Shown here piece after piece: positions 13,574 through 23,645 of a stretch of DNA of 64,000 nt. Both the position numbers and the translations under genes were made by a program. Under the pieces are notes generated by a model. The model did no database searches. It saw nothing but the letters and a program-made list of their open reading frames with translations, and was not told the origin of the DNA. Origin of the DNA: Ascidiella aspersa (Eukaryota); NCBI GenBank assembly GCA_963924565.1, contig OZ004609.1, forward strand, positions 29,698,001-29,762,000, given 5' to 3'. Within the stretch, counting starts at the first letter, position 1; the number at the start of each line of letters is the position of its first letter.

Positions 13574-13925
13574 CTGTACAGAAGTAAAATTATTTTTTTG
13601 ATTTTGTCAAGATGCTCTAAAGAACAAATAACTTCGCTACAAATCAAATGACAAATACTGTATTGTGAAATACAAATTTAAGATTCCTATGTGTTCAATA
13701 ACTTATCAAATTTTAATAAACTTTTAAATAAACTGATTTTAGTCGCACAACCTTGACAATTTTTTTCACGCCAAGTATGGTCATTTCAGTTTTTATTTTC
13801 ACACCTAGTATGGTCCTTTAATTTTTTTTTACTTTAATTTTTGTGGACTTTTTCATTTTTGTTATTAAAAACCAAGAATAACCAATAAAACAAGCAAATA
13901 ACAAAAATACAAAACTTGTGCAAAC

Positions 13926-14110
13926 CGGGGGCATTCCGTTTATTTTGTGAGCATTGCGATTGGGTATGAATTCAGGTATGCTCTGGAATGTGTCGGTGTT
14001 GCGCTGAACGTGGTTCAGGTTAGGGGCAGACATGTTTCTCGGAACAAATTCCCTGGCCACTGGATTCGGCTGACCGTGTCCAACCATCTGTTGCATGTTA
14101 TTTGGGGGAC
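13926..14110 (-). CDS. PAN3: PAN3 exon 4 (PAM2-like PNPVAREFVP, SIPEFIP)
   Basis: cttaccag acceptor, GT donor at 13925; 185 nt, phase 1-0. Confidence 0.8.
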
Positions 14111-14803
14111 CTGGTAAGAGGGATAGTGACAATGCAGGACCTGGTTAAAGGGATAGTGACAAAAATGGTATATATGCAAGATATGTACACAATTGGGGAT
14201 GGCATCATGAATCCCAATAAAACTATGACAATGAAAAATGATGTTTAACTGTTTCAATAAGCAATGTAGACCAACTACAATGGGCAAAAATAAGTTACTG
14301 GGATGTTAAGCAAACAATTGCTTTAGTGTGGGGAAGCTTGGTTAACTTTATTGTTGATATTATACTTTCTAAAAAATGTACCTTTTAAAGTTAAAAACGC
14401 TCTGTCCAATTGCAAATCTTAGTTAAAATCATTAAAATTAAATAACATTGGTATCTATATCAATACCATCCTAGTATTGATAATACCACTTGGCATCGTG
14501 TGTAGGCAATTTAAAATTATCCAAAATATTTGGGCCATCTATATGTATATATCACAGATAAGATGTATAATTGACAAATATCTATGTACAATATAATTAC
14601 TGTAAAAGCCCAGTTTTGTTCGATTTAAACACTTAAACACATGGTCCTAGTCTCATGCACATAAAAGTTTATACTTAGTTTAAATAAATTTGCATATTAC
14701 AGATTAGCTAAACACTTAAAAAAATTCTATAAAAGTTTTTTTAACATAGTATCAATTAAAATTGTTTACAAAATTCTATAAATGGCAAAAACAAGAGCCT
14801 TAC

Positions 14804-14881
14804 CCATTCCATTATTAATGTCAAGCGCTTCAAACGAGTTGATAGCATTGGCCATTGATGACTGGGGCATAAATGGAGATG
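14804..14881 (-). CDS. PAN3: PAN3 exon 3 (ASPFMPQSSMANAINSFEALDINNGM)
   Basis: tttttgcag acceptor, GTAAG donor; 78 nt, phase 1-1. Confidence 0.8.
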
Positions 14882-15071
14882 CTGCAAAAACAAAATATTT
14901 TTTTCAGTCAATCATAATTAAGCATAATATATACTTGTTCAATGACATTCCCAATTAATAGTACATGACACACAGTGTAATTTAGTTGCGGGCAATCTAT
15001 GGTAAAACAATATATAAAAAATACAGTTGACATGAATGAATATTAAATATATATATATATATTCTGTATAC

Positions 15072-16091
15072 CAGGGGTCGGCAACCTTTTGTACACATTT
15101 TTCTATGTTTAGTTTTGCACTGTTTTCTATCTTGTTAATTTTGAAACGCACGCGCACATGTCGGGAGTCCGACTCTGCAGCCCTGTGATCTGACATCTAA
15201 TTTACGTATCTTTTTTGAAACATACTTCAATGTTTTTCAGCGGATACCTAGAAATAATAGCTATAAGTTTTTCTTTTAGTTGGTTTCTCAACAGTGGTTC
15301 TCAACCTTTTTAGCATATGGACCGGTAAAATTTTAAAACAAAATTTTGCGGACCGGTGGACCTTCAAAAATGAAAATCAACCCAAAATATAATAACGACA
15401 AAAGTATGCAACTTGAAAGCAAATAACGAAAACTTCAATGTAATGAGCAATTTTCTGCTGTCTTTTTGACATCATATGTGTTTTACATGGTTTCTAAGTC
15501 TTTCATGTATAACTGGTCGTAAAGTTTAAGACTTAAATGAGTTGTAGCCTAATTTTAAACAGTTTGGCACGACACTTACAGCATTGTGACGTACAATAAA
15601 GTCCACAGTAGACCATTAACTCTATGTTACGTCACAATGCTGCAAATTACAGAACTGGTGAAGTTCTAAATTGGATGGACAAGCAGCCTTCAACATCTTG
15701 CATTTTGCAATTAAAATATAAAATTGTAATATATTTGACGGACCGGCAGGAAAGTTGACGCGTACTGGCGGTTGATGAGAATTACTGATGTAGAATGCCC
15801 TGCATTGAAGCAGTGAAAGTCATGCCACTTTTGGGGCATTGTGACGTAATACAAATGTTTAGTCGTAAACAACAAGTTTAACACCCATAAAAATCTGTTA
15901 AATACAACAGTTTACATATTCCTGACACGAACTGGAAATGTGTTCAACCATTTAGTTAGCGCTAGTGTTAGTGATGCAATGGTTGTACTTTTGTAAGGTG
16001 ATATAGCATGAGCGTTGAATCAATTGGCGTGCCCTGAAAAATCATCTCGCATGCCAAAAGTGGCACACATGCCAGGGGTTGCAGACCCCTG
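15072..16091. mobile_element. hAT (Charlie-like) non-autonomous element in PAN3 intron 2
   Basis: TIRs caggggtcggcaacc / ggttgcagacccctg; perfect 8-bp TSD ctgtatac (15064-15071, 16092-16099). Confidence 0.9.
15292..15787. mobile_element. Second hAT MITE nested inside the 15072-16091 element
   Basis: cagtggttctcaacc … ggttgatgagaattactg termini with GGACCGG subterminal motifs; TSD not resolved. Confidence 0.65.
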
Positions 16092-16442
16092 CTGTATACG
16101 CTAAAAAGGTTTACATGTTGTGTATTTTTAACATATACTTTTGTATTCCTAAATATATTCTCCCATTTTTTTATAATTTAACAGATAATTTACATCAAAA
16201 GTTTATTTTACAATTCTGCTTCTCTAAAGCCAATATGATAGTTAACAGAGTTAAGCAATGCAAGTAATAGTCATACCCTACCTTAAACACCTACACTTAA
16301 ATCGGTCTCTTAGCAAGAATATTTTTACCGGTAAATGAACTGGTCAGAAAAACAGCAATATTACAGCAAACAGAAAATATTTTATCAATAATTCTGTTTA
16401 CAAAAAAGTTACAAGGATAAAAAGTGTTTATATAAACCAAAC

Positions 16443-16652
16443 CTGAAATTGGTTGGAATGCTTTGGCTTCCACTGACAGTGAAGTGTCCAGTCCGTAGCC
16501 TTGCATGTCTTGGGTCATCATGTTGTTGTGCTGCTGATTACTGAGCATCTGTCCCTCCGGTGTCTGACTTTGACTTCGCTGCATCAGCTGCTGGAACTTT
16601 GATTCGGTTGCGATACCGAACGACGGAAGTTCGCCGACGAGGGCGCTGTTGA
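16443..16652 (-). CDS. PAN3: PAN3 exon 2 (contains PAM2-like TSLSVEAKAFQP)
   Basis: Acceptor tttcag, GT donor at 16442; 210 nt, phase 1-1, open frame. Confidence 0.85.
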
Positions 16653-17633
16653 CTGAAAGCAAGTATTTACTTGATAAAAAAATGTATATTTAAACCTTTT
16701 TAAACCCAAACCCTAAATAAAACGCTTCAACCACTTGTATGGCCCTTCGTTTTTGGTATTCAAAATATAATCAAGGGCACTTAATTACAAGTCATGAAAC
16801 AATTATATATTTTGCAGCGTTTGATGCATAGGTCATTCCATTGTCTTAAAGTGAAAAAAATTTGGTGTGTAAAATAATTAACCTTGAAGCATGCATAAGG
16901 AAAACTGACGAGAAATTCAAAATAAACCAATGAGTTACTTTGTATATCCTAATTAAGATAAAAATTATTGCATATTATTACCACTGGTACAACCTAATCC
17001 GATAGTTTAAAATTGACAAATATTTTTACAAATTTAACCTGTAAGCTTCTAATAACATTTCCTTGAATCATCTTCACCAAAACATTTGTAAATTGGTAAA
17101 ATTTGTGTAAATATGTTTGTTAAACACATGGCAAAAGTCAATCTTATCACTGGTTGGGTTTTTGACCGAACACTACTAAGCTAATTTCTTGACAAAACAT
17201 TTCAGGAATAATGCATTGGGATCAAGTGGGTTTGCAAACATGCGATATGTGGGCCCGACTTTATTCTTAATGTAAGGTAAACAATACACCAGTGGGAGGT
17301 TGTATAGCATTATAAACATAGTGTTATAAAAAGCATTGTGATACCTCTTCATTCTTTAAATTGAAAACAAGTAAGCGACATGGGAGTATAAAATCACTAT
17401 CGAATAATGGAGGTCAAATTGAAAGACAGGTGCATATCATATTAACTGTGATAAACATCATACAAATTACACTGATGGAAACAGACTAAAGATGCTTTTT
17501 CTTACAAAATATAACATAGTTCACGACAAAAACAGTTAAACAGTCCACGAAGATGTTAAAATAGTGAAGTAAATTAAAAAAAAGGTTTACAGTATAAAAA
17601 TAGAAAAAAAAAATGAGTTTATGCTTTACTTAC

Positions 17634-17679
17634 TATGTTCTGCATACATTGACGGATCATTGGGCGAAAATTCGCCCAT
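17634..17679 (-). CDS. PAN3: PAN3 coding exon 1 (MGEFSPNDPSMYAEH)
   Basis: ATG at 17679 with an in-frame TAA four codons upstream; GTAAGT donor at 17633; phase 1 joins exon 2 in frame. Confidence 0.75.
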
Positions 17680-18482
17680 TTTGAAGTTTTATGAAACGGA
17701 ATATAGAGCCACAAGTACGTGGACATTCATGGATTTCAAAACATCGTAAAAAGTTCGTTACAAATTAATGAAATAAAAATGTCAAAACCTGAGGAATTAT
17801 TTGGCAGGAACAATAGGATTTTGTTGGCGGTAAAAAATTACAAACGCTGCAAAATAAACACAGGTGTTTGCAAGTTTGTAGCCAATGCCACTTCCGTAAG
17901 TAAACAATTCAATGCATGATTTACGGAAAGACATCTGCCGCATTTTTTTTTACAAATTTTAGCTGCAGGTTGCGACCTTCTGTTCAGCTGCATTAATCAA
18001 CGTGAGTATAAGATTAATTTTGGGTTGGCTGTTGAAATATTGTTGCACCTTTTGGAACATTTTTGCATGCCTTTTTCCTTTAAGTTTGTGTCGAAAATAA
18101 TACATAACGGACTTTTCTCGGTACAAATGCAACAAAAAAGTTTTCTTTCAGTTTTCATATCAATATTTTTGCATAAATATTTTAATAGATAAGTATCACA
18201 AATAATAGTGCGGTTTAAATAAAATTTATGTTGTGATTTTGTTTACATATAGTTCAATAAATACGGATTCTTAGTAACCGCAGACAACTAGCTACTAAGG
18301 TCTATTTGTGTTGATCGCCCCGTTTTATCATGAAAAACAGTTTTGCACATAATTACTCAAGCGTTTCAAACAGTTCAGGTGCTGGTTTTGGAAAAACTTT
18401 CTAGTAAACTTAACACACGGTTAAAGGCAAATTTAGGCTAAATTTAGATAAACGTTTTCTATTTTAGTCATTTTGGCGTAAC
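17680..18482. promoter_or_regulatory. Divergent PAN3 / Kv-beta promoter and 5' leader region
   Basis: The two ATGs point away from each other about 800 bp apart. Plus-strand splice signals: donor GTAAGT 17896, acceptor ttttag 17962, donor GTGAGT 18002, acceptor ttttctattttag 18467. Confidence 0.65.
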
Positions 18483-19472
18483 ATGATATACAGAAATCTA
18501 GGCAGCTCAGGCCTTCGCGTATCTTGCATTGGCCTGGGAACGTGGGCGACTTTCGCGAACCAAATTAGCGACGAGGTGGCCGAAGAACTGGTCACAATCG
18601 CGTACGAAAACGGCGTCAACTTCTTTGACACCGCGGAGGTTTACGCCGGAGGGCGGGCCGAGATACTGCTTGGGAACATCTTAAAAAAGAAGAAGTGGCG
18701 TCGTTCGAGTTTGGTCATATCGACAAAGTTATTCTGGGGTGGGAAAGCGGAAACTGAACAGGGACTGTCCAGAAAGCACATTATCGAAGGGCTGAACCTG
18801 TCATTGCAGAGACTGCAGCTCACCTATGTCGATGTTGTGTTTGCCAACAAATCAGATCCACGGACTCCTATGGAGGAAACTGTGCGTGCATTTACACAGC
18901 TCATCAACGAGGGCAAGGCAATGTACTGGGGAACATCCAGGTGGAGTCCGATGGAGATCATGGAGGCGTGTTCTGTAGCAAAACAATTGAACCTCATCGC
19001 CCCGGTCGTAGAACAAACCGAGTACAACCTCTTTGAAAGGGAAATGGTTGAGAGCCTGTTTCCGCCTCTTCATGAAAAACTCGGGATCGGATCGTTGTCA
19101 TGGTCACCACTCGCCTGCGGAACAATCACTGGAAAATACTCCCAGGGAATTCCTGCCTACTCGAGAGCAGAGCTCAAAGGTTTTGGCTGGCTAAAGGAAA
19201 AGATCCTTTCCGAAGATGGGAGAAGACAACAGGCAAAACTCAAGGAAATTGAGATTGTTGCCGACAGGCTGGGGTGTACTGTTGCCCAGTTAGCGATTGC
19301 CTGGTGCCTTCGCTATGACATAAACAGTGGTGTTATAATTGGTGCTTCTTCTACTGAGCAACTTTACGAAAATCTCAAGTCGCTGCAGTGTCTTCCAAAA
19401 CTTGTGGATCCCTCCGTGTTAAATGAAATCGATTCGATATTAGGAAACTCCCCATCAAGCAATGTAGAATGA
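18483..19472 (+). CDS. KCNAB2: Voltage-gated K+ channel beta subunit (Kv-beta, aldo-keto reductase family 6), KCNAB2-like core, 329 aa in one exon
   Basis: YRNLGxSGLRVSCxGLGTW, FDTAEVY, [33 protein letters not shown], [23 protein letters not shown], [13 protein letters not shown], QLAIAWCLR. Catalytic Asp/Tyr/Lys/Asn intact. Probably co-orthologous to KCNAB1/2/3. Confidence 0.96.
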   Translation: MIYRNLGSSGLRVSCIGLGTWATFANQISDEVAEELVTIAYENGVNFFDTAEVYAGGRAEILLGNILKKKKWRRSSLVISTKLFWGGKAETEQGLSRKHIIEGLNLSLQRLQLTYVDVVFANKSDPRTPMEETVRAFTQLINEGKAMYWGTSRWSPMEIMEACSVAKQLNLIAPVVEQTEYNLFEREMVESLFPPLHEKLGIGSLSWSPLACGTITGKYSQGIPAYSRAELKGFGWLKEKILSEDGRRQQAKLKEIEIVADRLGCTVAQLAIAWCLRYDINSGVIIGASSTEQLYENLKSLQCLPKLVDPSVLNEIDSILGNSPSSNVE

Positions 19473-20040
19473 CTTAAAATGGGAATGAATGTGTCTTAAT
19501 GTATTGTAACTGCATGTCATATTTTTCAAAATGCCCATTTTTAAATGCTTTTATATTTCTATAAACTTTTACCATACATGCCCTTGTATAAAGAACAAGG
19601 TTCAAACACTTTTGTAGTGAGGTTCAAACACTTTTGTAGTGTCATTCATAATTAGTGGCAGACATCAAGAGCATTATACCCAAGTAATACATTTTGGAAG
19701 ACTAACCAGACCCAAGTGGCTGCAAAGTATTCAGGACAAAACTAATTGAGTTTAAAAAAAGTTCGATTTTAATTAAAGGTTGTGTAGTTATGTATTTATC
19801 AGTTAAAAATTCCATGTGATTTATTTAAAACTGTTTTTCAGGGAATTCAATTAAAAATTTCATATATTATATATATATATATATAGTTTTATATTAGCTC
19901 ACTGTACTATGCTTTCCAAGCTACACTGTACTTTTTATTCCATATTTGTTACTTTTCTGCTCAATGAATAACAAATCTTATGTATGTAGACTGTGGTTGA
20001 GGTTTAAATATAAGAAACCCAGCAGAAGCACGGTTTCCAC

Positions 20041-20676
20041 ATGGCCGTGCGTGTGTGCATCGGAGCCATGGCGGGCTGTTTAAAGCGCGCATCCACAGCC
20101 TCTGCTGTAGTGAACGTCGGTTGTGCAAGAAAGGCATTCCTCAGTAATCAAGCAGGGGCGAAGCCGCTGTTCAAAGTAACCGACGACCCGGCCTACATTC
20201 GCGTGCGTAGCCAAAACTTCGCGCCAATCCCTATGGAGGAATCAACACCGAAGACGGGACCCTTTGCGCAGCCGACGCCGATTTTTCAGCGCCGCAGGCA
20301 CCTCAACTTTGACGGGCTCACCTACGACAAGCTGCCGGTCGTCTACGTGCGCGCGGGCTGGAACAACACCCAAGTGGCTGTGACAACGCGCGATACCACC
20401 TACTGCCTTATCTCCTGTCGCAGCGTCGGCTTCCAGAAGGCGCAGAAAAAAAGCGAGCTCGCGGGCGAGACTGTGGGCCGCACGGCAGCCGAGCGCAGCC
20501 TTCTCAAGGGCTGTCACAAGCACGTGAGGGTCGTGATCCGAGGCATTGGCCCCGGACGCAGGTCCGCACTGCGAGGTCTGGATCTCGGCGGTATGGAGAT
20601 CGCCTCAATCAGCGACCGCACCCCCATCACCAATGACTCGCTACCACAGCGGCCGAGACGCATCAGGCGTGTTTAG
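20041..20676 (+). CDS. MRPS11: Mitochondrial small ribosomal subunit protein uS11m, intronless, 211 aa
   Basis: N-terminal Arg/Ala/Ser-rich presequence; uS11 motifs VYVRAGWNNT, SCRSVGF, VRVVIRGIGPGR, ISDRTPI and a basic C-tail RPRRIRRV. Confidence 0.92.
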   Translation: MAVRVCIGAMAGCLKRASTASAVVNVGCARKAFLSNQAGAKPLFKVTDDPAYIRVRSQNFAPIPMEESTPKTGPFAQPTPIFQRRRHLNFDGLTYDKLPVVYVRAGWNNTQVAVTTRDTTYCLISCRSVGFQKAQKKSELAGETVGRTAAERSLLKGCHKHVRVVIRGIGPGRRSALRGLDLGGMEIASISDRTPITNDSLPQRPRRIRRV

Positions 20677-21042
20677 TCGCCTGTAGTAACTGTACGTTTC
20701 GATGGACTATTTGTGCGGGTTATCTTGCCCTGTGTAAACTTCACGAGGCGCAGACACAACTAATAAAATCAATCCTTTTGAACACTTTAGTCCAGTAATA
20801 GCTTCCACCTTACTGTTATAATATGGTTGATGAGCGTCGTCATACAACCCCCTTACCATTTGGTCTTTACCCATTTGCCATACATTTATCACGTTAATCG
20901 CAGGCTTAAACATTTCGGTTTCTTCAAAGCGCAAAGGTCATTTCGAACACTGCGGCATGTCTGGCGATTGGGCTAAATGTGTGTTCAAGCAATTATTTAA
21001 ACTTGCCTATATCTTTGGTATTGCATCACACACCTTTCTCTA

Positions 21043-21048
21043 AATAAA
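21043..21048 (+). terminator. Candidate poly(A) signal for MRPS11 (another at 20762-20767)
   Basis: AATAAA followed by GT-rich sequence (ttgttgttttgt). Confidence 0.5.
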
Positions 21049-22348
21049 ACCAGTTGAGTATACGCCCTCGATTGTTGTTTTGTAAGAGCTTTGTAATTTG
21101 TAAAGCTGCTGCGTTCCAAGCTACGCTGCAACCGACTGTAACGGAAAAAGTAGTTTATTAATTGCTCTTTTGAAAGGGTTTTATAAAGCTACAGTCACCG
21201 CTTTAACTTGGCATGCATTTAGGTCTTTATGCGAATTTGTGTTATACCGACTACCGATTTATGTAAGCTCTGTACTGTCGTATTTTAAAATATGAGGTAA
21301 TATGCTTATCCTGTTATGAGCTTATAACAGAGCACCCAAGTTTTCACAGTATATATGTTTTTATTTGCGAAATATATGTCCCTGGGGAGTTTAAAAGTAA
21401 CTTAAAAACAACAATAAGGCAGTACACAATAAACCAGTAAACGATTGCAACTCTTGTGCGTCTATATAGTTATTCCGTAGCCTTGGTGCAAAGTCAGTCA
21501 TAACCAGTAGGCCAGTGAACAGCCTACCGCAGCACACTTTAAAACATTTGGCTTCAGTTTTTAGTATGACATGAAGTGAGAATAGATAACGAATTTTGAA
21601 GGAACCACATAAACACATCAGTGTTTTATCTGGGCCAATTGACTTTTAGTAATAAGGTAAGCGCTGACTAGTATTTGTTTAGGCTTTTCACGAAGCGGAT
21701 GTTATTCGTTGTCGTCAGCTCTTTCGAGCGAAAATGACAAACCAATATGACTGGCTGTCATACCTTTAGTTCATATCCGGCTTTAGCGAGATACTTTGTT
21801 GTTAATATCAGTGGACGGCGGTGGTTCACTGTTTTTCACCTTGCCTGGTCTGGCCTTTGAGTTTTTTCCGCGGTATGCACAATGGTTATCAATACCTATA
21901 GCATTTTACAAAATGGATCAGTTCGCAAACGACAATAGAGTGTGGAGTCACTAGGGCCGGGCCCCTAGCCAGGAAAATATATAAAACTAAAAAAGCAGTT
22001 TCATTTTAGACAAAATCACAAGTTTTTGCCCATACTACAGGCATTTGCAGCGGGCGTATATAATGTTTTGCAATGTAAGGAAAACGTTTGCAGGACAATG
22101 TTTCAGATTAGGCGTTATTTTGCTGGCTATTTAAAGTTGGAAGGGCGCAACTCTCGGCTACATGCGGTCCAATTCTCTTCTTTCACACGTTTCACGTGGC
22201 CCAAGCGCCACTCAACGCTTAGCATATGACACCGTTATGCACGCCAAAAAAACGGCAGTTGTTGAGTGTACAGCTTACCGTTTCGACCAGACTAAAACGG
22301 CATGTAAAGGTTCTGCGGAAACGCAAAAGACAAGAACAGCAATCCACG

Positions 22349-22878
22349 CTAGAGGCTCGTCTCTCGCAAAACAGCGGTCTCTGCATTTCCCGGGGCCGAA
22401 CCGCCGTCGTTGGACGACGACGCGTTAGTGTTTGCCTCCTTGTGCGCGATCACGCCGTCCAGAGTCACACCGGGTAGGGTTGGCGTCTCCGGGCGGTTGC
22501 CGCGCGCCGTCACAATGCTGCCCACCTGGCTGTACAGCTTTGCCAGCACGGCGTCGACCAGGTTTTCCTCTACAGCGACACCGCCGACTCCGCCTTCAAG
22601 CGAGTTGCGTCGCGAGCCGTGTAGAAGCTTGCGGTCGAGTTGTCTGGCCCTGGCGCGGCATCCGAACCACGAAGCAATGAGGAAGAAGCCGAGAGCCAGC
22701 ATGAAAATGCCCATTGCCATAGGCGCCGCACTTAGCTTCTTGAGGCGAGCCTGGTCCTTGCCTGTGTTGGTGCTGGCGCTGATGCCGATGCAGACGAAGA
22801 CGAGGCCGCCGAAGACCATGAGCGGCGCGAAACCGCTGGAAAGCTTGGAGCAGCGTCGCGCGCGCTCCGACTCTTGCT
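22349..22878 (-). CDS. Orphan two-TM protein, last coding exon (TM1, short loop, TM2, basic tail, C-terminal ETSL)
   Basis: Acceptor cctcccacag at 22879, phase 1; GC-rich codons; hydrophobic segments FAPLMVFGGLVFVCIGISA and AMGIFMLALGFFLIASWFGC; stop TAG at 22349. Confidence 0.85.
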
Positions 22879-22940
22879 CTGTGGGAGGCAATAAATACAT
22901 TATGGGTGACTTGGTGCATTTTAACGCTTCAAGAAGATAA

Positions 22941-23645
22941 AGTTACCAGTAGCATTTGGGCTAAGAACACTCTTAATTAAAATGAAAGACCCTAAATATT
23001 TTATAAATTTGACGACATGAGATGGCATTATAGCAAAACGTTTAAAACATCAGGAATTATGCTGATTTTTTGCACATCCTGGCCTATTTAATTTTATTGA
23101 AACAGCAGCATTCCGTTAGGACTTTCGTTACTCATGACTAGTCTTTGACTTCAACAATATAGGCATGGATTATATAGTTACCAGTAGCATTTGACACAAA
23201 ACGCACTTAAATTTTTTGTACAATTGAAGACCCTGAATACTTAAATTTGGGGAGTTTATACTTTTTTAATATCTTTTTTATACTCACATGGTGACATGAG
23301 ATGGCATATATAGCAAAGCGTTTAAAAAAGAGGAAACTATATATGCTGATTTTTTGCACTTTTTGGCCTATTGATTTTTATTGAAATAGCAGCATTTTCG
23401 TCACGGCTTTCATTATTTTGTGACTGGACTTTAACTTGAAAATTAAGTAAGGATAATGCAGTAACCGGTAGCTTTTGGCGCAGAAGGCTCTTAATTTTTT
23501 TGTAAAATGAAAGACCCTAAATATTTTAAAAATTGGCTGATTTTATACTTTTCTATTACTATTTTTTTACTCACATGGTTACATAAGATAGCATATATAG
23601 CAAAGCGTTTAAAAAGGAGCGAGAACTACGCTAATTTTTGCATAT
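22941..23645. repeat. Three diverged tandem copies (about 240-280 bp) just upstream of the last exon of the two-TM gene
   Basis: agttaccagtagcattt at about 22941, 23177 and 23460, each followed by gaaagaccctaaata, acatgagatggcat and gctgattttttgca-like blocks. Confidence 0.85.

Noticed and set aside
22349-22878. Two-TM protein as a BK beta subunit (KCNMB)
   Set aside because: KCNMB proteins have a large Cys-rich extracellular loop of over 100 aa; here the loop is about 16 aa with no Cys.
22879-22900. ATG 22900 as the start of a standalone 183-aa gene
   Set aside because: It lies in the pyrimidine tract of a good acceptor (cctcccacag) that joins upstream exons in phase.
22410-22940. 176-aa plus-strand ORF and other ORFs overlapping the two-TM exon
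   Set aside because: Antisense or alternate-frame shadows of a GC-rich exon; no motifs or supporting splice context.
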